DNA of 42,396 bases from a virus (lineage: Duplodnaviria; Caudoviricetes). Both the position numbers and the translations under genes were made by a program. The stretch's first letter is position 1; each line of letters begins with the position of its first letter. Shown here piece after piece: positions 1-9,933 of this stretch. Where the stretch lies: positions 1 to 42,396 of the IMG/VR virus record IMGVR_UViG_3300029183_000433; one strand, written 5' to 3'. Below the pieces are notes generated by a model, which ran no database searches, had not been told where the DNA came from, and worked only from the letters and a program-made list of their open reading frames with translations.

Positions 1-17
1 GTTTCCCAGTCACGATC
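1..17 (+). other. Random-amplification primer tag (Round A/B / SISPA-type), library artefact
   Basis: GTTTCCCAGTCACGATC at the very start, with its exact reverse complement at the very end. It matches the constant part of a widely used tagged random-nonamer primer and interrupts an open gene. Confidence 0.93.
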
Positions 18-320
18 TAACGGACAGTACGACGTATCGAATAGCCAGCACGCCCGCTTACGAGCACGAGGAACGTCTTTCAGTTCCATGTACTGACGAT
101 CGTCGTCATTGCATTCCATGAACAGCACAAGATCATATGGCTTACTACCCTCCATGTACACCGTGGGATGCAGACCGTACTCAACCCAATCTTCCTCTTT
201 GTAGTTCTTCGCGTACGGCACGACTTCGTGGCCAAGCTCACGAAAAGCTTTGACCACCATGTCTCCAGTCGCCCACCCGGGAGACTGGGGGATACCACGA
301 TAGCTAACTAGAATCTTCAT
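18..320 (-). CDS. Glycosyltransferase-like protein (GT-B / CgeB-like N-terminus), 3'-truncated
   Basis: Not in the ORF track. Manual translation from ATG 320 (ATGA overlap with the upstream stop) gives MKILVSYRGIPQSPGWATGDMVVKAFRELGHEVVPY...YDLVLFME...ACWLFDTSY, open until the primer tag. MKIL...AFRELGHEV is a typical GT-B N-terminus. Confidence 0.7.
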
Positions 321-934
321 CTTTCTAGGATCATCACAGCTTGGTGGTAGGGTTTGAATGGGGTGTGACCGAGCAGTTCAACATGCGATCGCGTAGCGAC
401 ATACTCGGCCACATCAGGAGCTACTTCCGGCATAGCTACATCATCGACAATGATGATTGCTTTATCAGCTAGAAAGTGCTCAAAGGCTACTAAGCCGTGG
501 TACGTATCGCCAATCTCATGCGAGCCGTCGTAGTAGTACACACCAATGGGCGGCAACGTCTCCGCAAACGATGCTGACGTTGTCTTGTGGAGCTGAATAC
601 GATCACGAACACCCTGACCCGCAGTGTTACGCTCCCACGCTGCCTCAATCGCGTCTCCATCAGGCAAGACAATACCGAACGGATCGATTACCTGAGCGTG
701 CTTGGTGTTGTTCTTCTCCAATGCGGCACAAATACTCTTACCACAATACGTCCCAATCTCAAGATAGTGCTCTCCAGGACACATAAGTGAGACCGCAGTC
801 GCAAGCATTGTCAACGCTGCCGGGTCAGTCCATCCATTGATAAGATCGAGATGAGTCCAGTCCGTACCATTCTTGAAGCCGTGCTCATCACGCCAAATCG
901 TGAAGAACTCTTTGAACGTTTGAGTGTCAGACAT
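317..934 (-). CDS. Class I SAM-dependent methyltransferase (Methyltransf_24-like, probably sugar O-methyltransferase)
   Basis: Motifs YLEIGTYCGKS, YYDGSH and IIIVDD; lies within the glycosyltransferase cluster. Confidence 0.85.
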   Translation of the reverse strand: MSDTQTFKEFFTIWRDEHGFKNGTDWTHLDLINGWTDPAALTMLATAVSLMCPGEHYLEIGTYCGKSICAALEKNNTKHAQVIDPFGIVLPDGDAIEAAWERNTAGQGVRDRIQLHKTTSASFAETLPPIGVYYYDGSHEIGDTYHGLVAFEHFLADKAIIIVDDVAMPEVAPDVAEYVATRSHVELLGHTPFKPYHQAVMILER

Positions 935-1971
935 TACAGCCGTCCCTCCCCGTGAGCCCTACCCTCGGCAGCTCCCGCCGCCGAGATCTCTTCCCACCTA
1001 GCACGCTCACGAATCTGACGGATCGAATTAGCTCCACAATAGGTCATACCGCTACGAATACCGCCCATTAGATCTTGGATCACGCCCTCGGTCGGACCTT
1101 TAGCGGCCACTTTCATAGACACGCCCTCGGCGGTCTTCCAGTCATCTTGCCCGCCGAGGAAGTCGTCGGCCGCTTCGCGGCTGGCCATGCCACGGAAAAC
1201 CTTGATCTTACGCCGCAAGAAACCCGCCGGAGAAGCAGAATCCCAAATGGGCTCCTCGTCAAACTCGCCCGGCGTTTCGTCGGTACCCGCAAGCATGCCA
1301 CCAATCATAATGGCATCAGCCCCAGCGGCAAATGCTTTGACCGCATCGCCGGGTGTACGAATACCCCCATCAGCAATTAGGAAGCAGTTCACTTGTCGGC
1401 AACGCTTGATAGCTGAAAACTGAGGTACGCCGAAGCCTGACTTGATGCGGGTCGTGCAAGCACTCCCCGGCCCAATGCCCACTTTTACAGCATCAGCCCC
1501 AACCTCAGCGAGATACTCCGCCCCTTCGGCTGTACACACGTTTCCGCCCACAACGAAGACGCTCGGATCTACAGCCTTCATCGCTTTGATCATGTCGCCT
1601 GCGGCTCGACTGTGACCATGAGCGATGTCTACACAGAAATATCCGGCTCCCGCATCATACAATGCCTGAAAACGCTCTAGTCCCTCATTTACACCAAGCG
1701 AAACAACCGCTTCGTACTCGCGGTTCTTGAGTATGCTATACATACCCACATTGTCCGGAATGGAGCAGAACCGATGTAGAAAACCGATGCCGCCCAAATC
1801 GTCCATCTCGGCGGCCATGTTCACACCAGTGACAGTGTCCATATTAGCGGACATGATAGGCGTCTTGAGAGTCAATCCGCCAAACTGTACGCTCGTATCT
1901 ACGTCTCGGCGTGACGAGATATCGTTGTACCTCGGAACGAGGGTGATGTCATCGAAAGAAAGTGCTGTCAC
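934..1971 (-). CDS. IMP dehydrogenase / GMP reductase family protein, without CBS domains
   Basis: [29 protein letters not shown], catalytic loop [37 protein letters not shown]. guaB versus guaC cannot be settled by eye. Confidence 0.93.
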   Translation of the reverse strand: MTALSFDDITLVPRYNDISSRRDVDTSVQFGGLTLKTPIMSANMDTVTGVNMAAEMDDLGGIGFLHRFCSIPDNVGMYSILKNREYEAVVSLGVNEGLERFQALYDAGAGYFCVDIAHGHSRAAGDMIKAMKAVDPSVFVVGGNVCTAEGAEYLAEVGADAVKVGIGPGSACTTRIKSGFGVPQFSAIKRCRQVNCFLIADGGIRTPGDAVKAFAAGADAIMIGGMLAGTDETPGEFDEEPIWDSASPAGFLRRKIKVFRGMASREAADDFLGGQDDWKTAEGVSMKVAAKGPTEGVIQDLMGGIRSGMTYCGANSIRQIRERARWEEISAAGAAEGRAHGEGRL

Positions 1972-2480
1972 GGTAACCCCAGGATGATCGAATCAAGGAG
2001 GTAGATGACGGGAGGGTCATCATACATCGAGTCAGTCGTCAGTGTGAAGTAGTCGAATTCGTTGTCGCAGAGCCTAAAGATCAATCTCCTCCAAGCCGTA
2101 TCACTTTCGGTTGCTGGTAGGAAGACCGTTCTCTCTTGAACTTCTTGGCCGTCACGATAGAACTTGAAAGTGAAGAAGGAATCCAGGAAGGGGTTGACGA
2201 CGTGGACCGCTAGTGTATTGGCATCAGTATCCAGGTCAACCGCTAGATCCGGCGAGTTCTCATCCGTCGAGTAGATGTAGAAGCACTGGTCACTGAGCTG
2301 GTAGCCGAAATTAGGAATGTTTACCAGCGTGAAGTGCTGTTGCACGCCCCAGATATCCGCGTGTCCGTCCAGGACGTTTGGCAGGAAAGTGTACTGCCCC
2401 GGCGGATGGCTCTCCAGGTCGTCGTGAATGATGGTCCCGACGGAGGCGACCACGCACAGTAGAGCAGCTAGGAACTTCAT
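1968..2480 (-). CDS. Hypothetical secreted protein
   Basis: N-terminal MKFLAALLCVVASVG resembles a signal peptide; coupled to its neighbours by 4-nt overlaps. Confidence 0.7.
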   Translation of the reverse strand: MKFLAALLCVVASVGTIIHDDLESHPPGQYTFLPNVLDGHADIWGVQQHFTLVNIPNFGYQLSDQCFYIYSTDENSPDLAVDLDTDANTLAVHVVNPFLDSFFTFKFYRDGQEVQERTVFLPATESDTAWRRLIFRLCDNEFDYFTLTTDSMYDDPPVIYLLDSIILGLP

Positions 2481-3043
2481 TCGTCGTCACAAACTGTCAT
2501 GCAACAGCTCTTGATGCAGTCGTTGTAGTCGTCGATGATAGCCTGCAAACCGGCCATTAGGTCCGCCAGCAAATCCGTCCCAATACTCGAACACTGACAG
2601 ACCTGATATTGGTGTTGTCTACCGCATCGCTCAATGCACTCCGTTGACCCATCGTCACAGTCAACCAACACACACTCGATGTAGTCGTCCGTTGCGGCGT
2701 CTAAACAAGAATCGTACTTGAAAACCGCGTCAGTGATAGCCTGAGTAGCCTCCAGTCTGAAAATATCGATCGCGACATCAAATGCGTCCCCGCAACCCCA
2801 TACACAAGATGCCCTAAGTTCGTACCTGCAATTGATCGGAAGATACGCAGGGTTACCACAAACCGATACATCAGCAGACGGAGGAGATATATCGCCCGTG
2901 AACAATGCATGCATCAACCCCCAATTAGGCTGATCACATTTGCTTGCTTGGATCTGTCTAACCGGACGAACACTCATTGCAGTTCGCTCGAAAGGCATGG
3001 GATCCACACTAGTGGACAGAGCAAGCATCATCTCTAGCAGCAT
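2477..3043 (-). CDS. Cysteine-rich hypothetical protein, possibly exported
   Basis: 16 Cys in 188 aa; short hydrophobic N-terminus MLLEMMLALS; TAATG coupling to the upstream gene. Confidence 0.72.
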   Translation of the reverse strand: MLLEMMLALSTSVDPMPFERTAMSVRPVRQIQASKCDQPNWGLMHALFTGDISPPSADVSVCGNPAYLPINCRYELRASCVWGCGDAFDVAIDIFRLEATQAITDAVFKYDSCLDAATDDYIECVLVDCDDGSTECIERCGRQHQYQVCQCSSIGTDLLADLMAGLQAIIDDYNDCIKSCCMTVCDDE

Positions 3044-3738
3044 TATCCAATCACTCCCTTGATAGCCGCCAATTGGTCGGCGTCGATTACGTCGTTCGCG
3101 TCATAGGTGGCACCCACAAACTCACCACTTTCCAGTCGAGCAGTGGGAAAACGCTTACCACCAAAGTAGTTGGTCAAGAATCCATCGTCATGGACCATAA
3201 TGTCACGCATGTAACGTGCCCAGATGACTGCGGCGAGCCATTCTTGGTCCGTCTGCCAGCGATCCTCCTTGGGCCAATCGCTGAGTAGTTTGCTATAAAT
3301 GGCCGGATCGACAACGCCGCCCTTCATACCCCACATACCACCTAGAATAGGCACACTGTGATGTGGGTGGTCTCGCATGGCATGGAACGTCTTGTCACTC
3401 GCCAACCACTCCGCGACTGCCGCCGCTTCGCGGGCGGTGAGTCGCGAGTCACAGTCCCGAACGATCATGGCTTCGCAACGGGGATCCAAGATCGCCGTGA
3501 AACGATCGAACATCATCCGCCAATCGGGCTCAGAACGAACGAGTTTGATCGATACGTGATCACCGACGTTGATCAGTTCATCAATCCAGAATTCACCTCC
3601 AGCGAACTCATCGTCATTCATGTAGAACCAGCATTCCCAATCGGGATAGATCTCCTGTGCTAGCTCCGCGTTACGGATGGCACCCCGAGTATACTTGGGG
3701 TCTTCGCCCCAGAGGGAGAAACTGATGACCTTGGTCAT
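3043..3738 (-). CDS. Putative glycosyltransferase-like protein (KVISFSLWG family, DxD motif)
   Basis: KVISFSLWG...YTRGAIRNA, IVRDCDSR (DxD), MRDHPHH..PILGGMWG, DQEWL are GT-A-like features. Confidence 0.65.
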   Translation of the reverse strand: MTKVISFSLWGEDPKYTRGAIRNAELAQEIYPDWECWFYMNDDEFAGGEFWIDELINVGDHVSIKLVRSEPDWRMMFDRFTAILDPRCEAMIVRDCDSRLTAREAAAVAEWLASDKTFHAMRDHPHHSVPILGGMWGMKGGVVDPAIYSKLLSDWPKEDRWQTDQEWLAAVIWARYMRDIMVHDDGFLTNYFGGKRFPTARLESGEFVGATYDANDVIDADQLAAIKGVIG

Positions 3739-4055
3739 ACTAGCGTGCTCCCAATGATTCCTTCGCCGTGACCATCAATCCATTCCTGGACAGTACCCGA
3801 CATGACAATGCGGGCCGATAGGCCATCAGGGATTGACTCAATGATCTCGCGGTAGATCGTGGACGGGACATCTTCCATAGTGATCTCAACCACTTCATGT
3901 GGTGACATCACCACAACATCTGGTCCCTCGCCGATCTCGTCAATGTACTCATCACGAGTCATACCCATCGATTCGCGAATTTGGTCAACCGCGTTCTCGT
4001 CAGTCGGTGCTACGACCCACCAAGTCTCTCCGTCGTCAATCCTAAACAATTTCAT
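3735..4055 (-). CDS. Hypothetical acidic protein
   Basis: Fills the gap between coupled genes; start reassigned to ATG 4055 (MKLFRIDDGETWW), the track gives 4088. Confidence 0.65.
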   Translation of the reverse strand: MKLFRIDDGETWWVVAPTDENAVDQIRESMGMTRDEYIDEIGEGPDVVVMSPHEVVEITMEDVPSTIYREIIESIPDGLSARIVMSGTVQEWIDGHGEGIIGSTLV

Positions 4056-5169
4056 TGTTTTCCAGCAAGATGTCGTACACTCGTTCAAGGTGGTGCGTGA
4101 TTACAGAGGCTTCAAAGTCGTGCATCGCTCTACGTCGTGCGTCACGTCCCATCTCCTGTCGTAGAGCGGGATTGACTACAAGCTCGCGGAGCACCTCTGC
4201 GTAAGCAGCGTAGTCCGCGATCGGGACTACCCACCCACACTCTTCGATGATCTCGGCTTGACCGTTGTACATCTCAGACTCATGAGAGACAACAGGCAAC
4301 CCATGCATCATCGCTTCTTGAATGTTACAAGGACAGCATTCTCCGTCATGACGAGCGTGAGCATAGATGTCCAGCCCATGGTAGAACCTTGACAGTTCAT
4401 TGTCGTCAATGATGGGATCAATCCAACGAACATTCTTGAGTTCGAGCCTTTCGGCTTCGGTCTTCCAACCAGAGTCCCAAGCGACTACCAAGTAGTATAC
4501 ATGATCAAACTCTCTCTCGATGGACTGAAAAGCTCGAAGGGAGATCGGGTCAAAGTTGTCCGGGCGACCTACGCGACCTAGCATGATCGCGTTACGCGGT
4601 AGTTTGTGCCGGTCAAGCAGAGCGTCGCGGCACGCTTGCTTGTTCTCGATGGTCATGTCGAGAACCGGCTGCTCCGTCGGGTTGTAGAGCACCGGACCAT
4701 CTTTGCCGCCCCTCATTAGGGCTGTATTACGGATGTAGTCCGAGATGTAGAGGTGGCAGTCAACGCTATTCGTTCCGTCCGTGTAGCCGAAAATGTTGGT
4801 CTCGACGATCTTGGTCGGCGGAATCGCAACGTCACGAAGACCGGGCCACTCAGGATACCCACTGCGATGAATGTGGAATACGGCGGGCCTGATCAAACGC
4901 AGCTTCTCGGACAGATCTGATTCCTCGGGAATGTACAGTGGAGGCTGAGTTCCAGACTCGCCCGGCTTCCACTGGTACTCGACAAGCTGATCGTCATCGA
5001 GGAACTCTCGCATGGCTTCCAGGCGATCCTGTGGGCCATTAGCCCTGTAAACGAGATACGGCTTGTATTTCTCGCTTCTCTCCAAGTACTTGCAGAAAAG
5101 CTGGGCTACGCGATCGGTGCCAGCGTACCCGACCGACTTGCTGTGGTGTACTACGGGAATCCTACTCAT
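4042..5169 (-). CDS. Glycosyltransferase family 4 (GT-B)
   Basis: GYAGTDR, LGRVGR, LDIYAH..DGECCPCNIQEAMMHGLPVVS (ExxxxxxxEA motif), LRQEMGRDARRRA. Confidence 0.9.
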   Translation of the reverse strand: MSRIPVVHHSKSVGYAGTDRVAQLFCKYLERSEKYKPYLVYRANGPQDRLEAMREFLDDDQLVEYQWKPGESGTQPPLYIPEESDLSEKLRLIRPAVFHIHRSGYPEWPGLRDVAIPPTKIVETNIFGYTDGTNSVDCHLYISDYIRNTALMRGGKDGPVLYNPTEQPVLDMTIENKQACRDALLDRHKLPRNAIMLGRVGRPDNFDPISLRAFQSIEREFDHVYYLVVAWDSGWKTEAERLELKNVRWIDPIIDDNELSRFYHGLDIYAHARHDGECCPCNIQEAMMHGLPVVSHESEMYNGQAEIIEECGWVVPIADYAAYAEVLRELVVNPALRQEMGRDARRRAMHDFEASVITHHLERVYDILLENNEIV

Positions 5170-5326
5170 TGAGACAGTCCTTCACGGTGGCGATCAAGCG
5201 AGCCCTGGTCTCAGCGGCCTCCTCCGGATCTTCGATACAGTCCTCTTCGAAGAGCGACTTCCAGATATCGTAGTCAATGTGCAGAACTAGATCGCTAACT
5301 AGCTCCTCGATTCGTTCGTCACTCAT
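5162..5326 (-). CDS. Small acidic hypothetical protein (54 aa)
   Basis: Below the ORF-track cutoff. MSDERIEELVSDLVLHIDYDIWKSLFEEDCIEDPEEAAETRARLIATVKDCLNE*, overlapping both neighbouring genes. Confidence 0.7.
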   Translation of the reverse strand: MSDERIEELVSDLVLHIDYDIWKSLFEEDCIEDPEEAAETRARLIATVKDCLNE

Positions 5327-6425
5327 TCATTAGACCTTTGTAGTAGCCCTCTAGCTTCTCCGTACAGACAGACGCAAGATACTCGTTCTCAGCAATGGCA
5401 CGACCTTCCCACCCCATAGTGGCACGCAGATCTGGATCGACAATCAAATTCCGGACAGCATTTGCATACGCCCCAGGATCACGCTCAACCACATAGCCGG
5501 TTACGCCGTCTCGAACCAGTGTGGTCTGAGATTGGAAGACTCCCATTCCGGGGAAACTGGGAACGGCTACGTGCGTCACAACGGGCAGGTTGTGAATCAT
5601 CGCCTCAGCAATATTGACACCAAACGTTTCGCCATCAGCACGAGCATGCGTGTAAATGTCTACCGTGTTGTAGAACTCGGATAGAACGTAAGGATCTACC
5701 GTCGGATCAATACAGGTATGAGGAATTCCATATCGCTCCAGATCGTCTCGCATGTTTTGCGGAGGAGCCATCGCCAGAAAATGGATGTCATGACCCTCGG
5801 ACAACAACAGTAGAGCCGCTTTCACGTTCACATCATCATAGATGCCAGGATCCGGCCGACCGCAACGTCCCAGTACAACCGCGTCATCACCGATGCCAAG
5901 TTCACACCTCATGGAGTTGTAACTCAGCCTGTCAATCACCGGGTTGTTGACAAATCCCCAACGTTCTTGAGGAACATAGGCACGAGTGACGGCAATACGA
6001 CGCCTCGTCTGGTCTAGTAGCCACTCACTCATGAATAGGCTACGATCAACTTCTCGGTTCCAATCCCAGTGACCGAACACATTCGTCTCTACAAATCTGG
6101 GTCCTTGAAAGTCCTTACCCGGCTCGGGATACTCTTCGTAGCCACTGCGAAAGCTATGAACAATGTCGATCTCGTATTCGTCAATGATGTCCTGGATAGT
6201 GGACTCAATCGGGATCACACGCTCATAACCAAACGACTCTTCAAACTGACATAGCCTCTCCTTGTGGTGGCACTCTGCTGGAAAGCAGAGAAAGGGCTCG
6301 AAGTCTCTCGATAGGTACTTACCAAATAGGAGGCACGTCTTCTCAGTGCCCCCCAATCCAAGCTGCGGCAGGTAGAACAGTACCCGCGTGCCCGTCTTAG
6401 AGGGTTTCTGAGGTATCGCGACCAT
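5319..6425 (-). CDS. Glycosyltransferase family 4 (GT-B), paralog of 4042..5169
   Basis: LGLGGTEK, LGRCGRPD, VDIYTHARADGETFGVNIAEAMIHNLPVVT, LRATMGWEGR. Confidence 0.92.
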   Translation of the reverse strand: MVAIPQKPSKTGTRVLFYLPQLGLGGTEKTCLLFGKYLSRDFEPFLCFPAECHHKERLCQFEESFGYERVIPIESTIQDIIDEYEIDIVHSFRSGYEEYPEPGKDFQGPRFVETNVFGHWDWNREVDRSLFMSEWLLDQTRRRIAVTRAYVPQERWGFVNNPVIDRLSYNSMRCELGIGDDAVVLGRCGRPDPGIYDDVNVKAALLLLSEGHDIHFLAMAPPQNMRDDLERYGIPHTCIDPTVDPYVLSEFYNTVDIYTHARADGETFGVNIAEAMIHNLPVVTHVAVPSFPGMGVFQSQTTLVRDGVTGYVVERDPGAYANAVRNLIVDPDLRATMGWEGRAIAENEYLASVCTEKLEGYYKGLMNE

Positions 6426-6759
6426 AGTCGTCCTCCAGTCTCACAACGTCATCCAGTTCCGTGGTGCTCGCCTCGACCACGGCGACCGGTGAAGTCTGAG
6501 AAGCACGTAGGCGATGGATGGTGCCCGGCTTGATGGTGATAAAGCGACCGGCCCACAAAGACAGCGTGTCTTCTCGTCCGTCGGGATGAACGATGTCCAG
6601 GGCACCAGCCCCATACGCACACACCATCGTTTCCAGCTTCTCTTCATGGTATTGGAGACTGAGACGCTCCCCGGCGTTCACCTCCAAGATCTTGACCACG
6701 TACGAGTCGTTCTCTTCTAGGATCTTCTCTCGGCCCCAGGGCTTGCTAACAATCCTCAT
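6397..6759 (-). CDS. Cupin, mannose-6-phosphate isomerase type II C-terminal-like
   Basis: KPWG, VKILEVNAGERLSLQYH, PGTIHRL, DDVVRLEDDYGR. Confidence 0.88.
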   Translation of the reverse strand: MRIVSKPWGREKILEENDSYVVKILEVNAGERLSLQYHEEKLETMVCAYGAGALDIVHPDGREDTLSLWAGRFITIKPGTIHRLRASQTSPVAVVEASTTELDDVVRLEDDYGRDTSETL

Positions 6760-7562
6760 GATCTTGCCTCAATCCATTCTTGCTTGTCGGGTAGATCTGG
6801 AAATGACTTGAACTCTGCCGCAGGCTGTAGGTGAGTGTCGAAGTTCTCCGGGAAGAACTCGGCGATAGACGCAAACGTCTCGTAGTTGTTTGTCGCCTTA
6901 CTGCTGTTCTCGATTGAATCGTCACGCTGCATGTACTCGACAAGAATCTCTTGAATCGAGTAGCCGTCATACCCCAGACTCATGAAGTAGAGCCAAAGCC
7001 AGTAGTCAAATGCTGAACGATGCTCGTCTGCACGACGCCGCATCAAGTCCCAATCCACTTCCTGACGGAAGTCAAAGTCGTTACGCCAGCCAACACTGGG
7101 ACCAGCCCAACACTCGTAGCTCATCTTCTCACGCGAGAACTCGGGCTTTAGCCCTCCCGTAGTGTAACGATTAGTCTGTTGGTCAAGTACAGCAATCCCA
7201 CCGTAGGCGAAGGCAACGCCAGCAGCACGCTGAGAAGTAATGGCGTCATGATACAGGCCAGCAGCTCGCGGAAAGTTCCGATCATCGGTGTTTGCATTGA
7301 TTACGATGTCCCCTGTTGCAGCCCCCCACGCTCTCACCCACGAGGCTCCATACGGCTCGCGTTCTGGGACATAGATGTAGTTCACGCGATCATCTTCGGC
7401 AGCCCACTTAGTGGCAATCGCGTCATCACCCCCAGGTGAGTTAGGATTGACAACGACAACCTCGATGTCTTTCTCGTCCTGCTCCAGGAGTAGGTTGAGC
7501 ATGCGACGATCTAGGTATTGCGTCGCGTCATACGTCGAGACTAGAAATGAGACTTTGGGCAT
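6756..7562 (-). CDS. Glycosyltransferase family 2 (GT-A)
   Basis: MPKVSFLVSTYD, EVVVVN, ATGDIVINANTDD, AFDYWLWL; start at 7562 from TAATG coupling. Confidence 0.88.
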   Translation of the reverse strand: MPKVSFLVSTYDATQYLDRRMLNLLLEQDEKDIEVVVVNPNSPGGDDAIATKWAAEDDRVNYIYVPEREPYGASWVRAWGAATGDIVINANTDDRNFPRAAGLYHDAITSQRAAGVAFAYGGIAVLDQQTNRYTTGGLKPEFSREKMSYECWAGPSVGWRNDFDFRQEVDWDLMRRRADEHRSAFDYWLWLYFMSLGYDGYSIQEILVEYMQRDDSIENSSKATNNYETFASIAEFFPENFDTHLQPAAEFKSFPDLPDKQEWIEARS

Positions 7563-8698
7563 TAGCAAGACCCCGGAATCGTCAGACAGTTGCCGGTCCC
7601 AAAGTTCTCCAAGCCAGCAGATTCACGATCTTCCGGCGTACCATCCGCTCCGGTCGGTTCACCAACCGAGACGGTCATCCCATTGTGGTAGTGATTCATA
7701 TGCGGCTGCGACTGCTTGGTCATGCAGAGCCAGATGTTACCATACGGCTCGTTCGCCAACACTTGTTTGTAGAACGGATCTTCACGCCAATTACGCATCT
7801 CCGCAATGGCGTCACGACTAGTGCGGAAACCAACGATTTGGTGTCCGCGATGATCCTTGAGTACCTCGGGATGCTCGCCATCGTAGTACAACAGCGGCTC
7901 CGTCCCATCAAACCAGTCCTTGACTTTCTGGTCGAAAGGAACGTTCGCACCACCATGAGCGGCAAGCTCTTTTTCGTAGTACGCCTGCTTCTCTCTCATA
8001 CGCTCGTTCATACCCTCACGAGCATAACCGTAGTGCCAGATGAAGAAGTCGTCGAGCATCACTCGGCGAGGTTGGTAATGAGGTGAGAAGTAGGTGCATT
8101 GTCCCTCTACGTCAGTCACCACCGGATGGCTGTTGTACTTCATGCCCTGCGTATACTTGAACACACGCTGGTGCTGCGGCTGCCACTCGGGACCAGGCAC
8201 AGCAATATGCTTGAAGTCGCCGTAGAAGTGCAGGAAGTTTGGCACGAACTCCGTAGCGTGCGGATTCAGACTAATCGCCCGACGCAAGCGTCGGATGTCC
8301 TCCGGACGATAGAACTCGTCGGCATCGTTGATGATGATCCAGTCGCCGGGACAGCACATGGACAAGAACATCTGCTTGAGTTCCTCCAAGTTCTTCCACG
8401 GCTTCTTGATGCTCACAAGACGAACCTTGTTATCCGGATCACGCTCTTCCTTGAAAGCCTTGATCAGATCGAGAGTGTCATCCGTTGAATGCCCGTCCTC
8501 GGTAGCATTCGGATGATTCTCCACCGCACCCTCGATCACCATGATCACGTCAACCTCATCGTAGATCGAGGCCATCGTAGCTTCAATGAACTCAGACTCA
8601 TTGAGAGCCTGAATGCACTGAACCAGCCGGGGCGGGTTGTTGATCCGCTCGACGATCGATTCCATCTGCGGAACGTACCTTACTTGTTGTTGGTTCAC
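7562..8698 (-). CDS. Glycosyltransferase family 2-like (GT-A)
   Basis: ALNESEFIE, IMVIEGA, GHSTDDT, WIIINDADEF (DxD), IWHYGYA. Confidence 0.85.
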   Translation of the reverse strand: MNQQQVRYVPQMESIVERINNPPRLVQCIQALNESEFIEATMASIYDEVDVIMVIEGAVENHPNATEDGHSTDDTLDLIKAFKEERDPDNKVRLVSIKKPWKNLEELKQMFLSMCCPGDWIIINDADEFYRPEDIRRLRRAISLNPHATEFVPNFLHFYGDFKHIAVPGPEWQPQHQRVFKYTQGMKYNSHPVVTDVEGQCTYFSPHYQPRRVMLDDFFIWHYGYAREGMNERMREKQAYYEKELAAHGGANVPFDQKVKDWFDGTEPLLYYDGEHPEVLKDHRGHQIVGFRTSRDAIAEMRNWREDPFYKQVLANEPYGNIWLCMTKQSQPHMNHYHNGMTVSVGEPTGADGTPEDRESAGLENFGTGNCLTIPGSC

Positions 8699-9933
8699 GA
8701 TACGGCCTCCTCGGGCTTCGGGTTGAACCGCACTTCACCGGTTTCGACGAACGACCTGTGAGCAGCCTCCAACTGATCGGCTACCTTGTCATACACCTCT
8801 CGGTAATCGAACTTGCTCACAAGATGCCTCGCGTTCAGCTTACGATGATCTAGAGAGACATACTGCTGCTGATTGTGCTCGTCAAGCGAACCATCTGCAT
8901 TGCCCTTACGAAGCAAATGATACGAACGCATGAGATCAGACATCTCGGCAACCGACGGCTCCCAACAACGCTCCAGACCGGTGTACAGCATAGGATCCGG
9001 ATGGGCCATGTCATAGCACAGTCCCATTGATCCGCCATAGACCAGGGCCACATTGTCACTGACGAACCCCTCTAGACCGCCATGGTTGTGAGAGATTACC
9101 GTGCTACCATGACCGAGAGCGTCAAAGACGGGAATACCCCAACCCTCTCCACGAGACGAACACACGTAGGCATCACCAGCTCTGTGTAGACCGTGAATCT
9201 CATCATCTGAAAAGGTCTGGACGATAGGCCAGACCGGCGGGAGCTGGGTCGGAATTCGGCAGCCCTGCTTGACGCGAGCGATGAACTGCTTGACAGTATC
9301 TAGCTCTTGTTGATTGTTACGCCCAGACATACCAATGTACGTCTTGAGAACGAGCAGCACCTCATCCGGACGATCAGCGAACGCGGCGTAGTACGCACGC
9401 AACAGAGAGTCGATACCCTTCTTAGCACTGAGCTGGCACACGTTGTAGAAAACGGTACGTCCCTCAGAGTTGGGAATGTCGAACTCGGGATAGTCCACAT
9501 CGTAGATGTCTTTGTTGCACGGAGGCGGCACGACCATGATCGGCTTGACTACGCCCGACCTCTGCATCGCGAGAGCGTTCTCCTTGCAGGGCACGATCAC
9601 AAAGTCGAATGCATTAGCCTGCTGAGCCCAGCTCACCTGGATGCGATCCATTTCCAGGAAAGTGTAGAGAGCATTGCACACACCGGGCTTCGGTACAGCC
9701 TCTACGTTCGGCGTGGTCATCTGAATCAGAAGCTCCACGTCGTTGATATCGCCCTCCAAAGCGTCGGCGATCGACTCCGGAATCTCAACAGTCTGCCCAC
9801 TGTCGAGGCTGTCATAAGTGATAGCCCTGGCCACTACATCATGATCGCTTTCCAGCAGCGTCAGTAGGAAGTTACGAGAGGCGTGGGCAAAGCCCGAAAA
9901 GTCCCTTAGGGGACCACAGAACATGATCTTCAT
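8695..9933 (-). CDS. Glycosyltransferase family 4 (GT-B)
   Basis: MKIMFCGPLRDFSGFAHASR, KKGIDSLLRAY, LVLKT, DAYVCSSRGEGWGIPVFDALGHG. Confidence 0.92.
   Translation of the reverse strand: MKIMFCGPLRDFSGFAHASRNFLLTLLESDHDVVARAITYDSLDSGQTVEIPESIADALEGDINDVELLIQMTTPNVEAVPKPGVCNALYTFLEMDRIQVSWAQQANAFDFVIVPCKENALAMQRSGVVKPIMVVPPPCNKDIYDVDYPEFDIPNSEGRTVFYNVCQLSAKKGIDSLLRAYYAAFADRPDEVLLVLKTYIGMSGRNNQQELDTVKQFIARVKQGCRIPTQLPPVWPIVQTFSDDEIHGLHRAGDAYVCSSRGEGWGIPVFDALGHGSTVISHNHGGLEGFVSDNVALVYGGSMGLCYDMAHPDPMLYTGLERCWEPSVAEMSDLMRSYHLLRKGNADGSLDEHNQQQYVSLDHRKLNARHLVSKFDYREVYDKVADQLEAAHRSFVETGEVRFNPKPEEAVS

Noticed and set aside
261-287. Hairpin-like sequence (CCAGTC...GACTGG) near the left end
   Set aside because: It lies within the coding sequence of the truncated GT and has no U-tract.
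300-3800. Apparent abundance of CTAG
   Set aside because: A rough count (about 13 in 3.8 kb) is near random expectation; it is simply not depleted.
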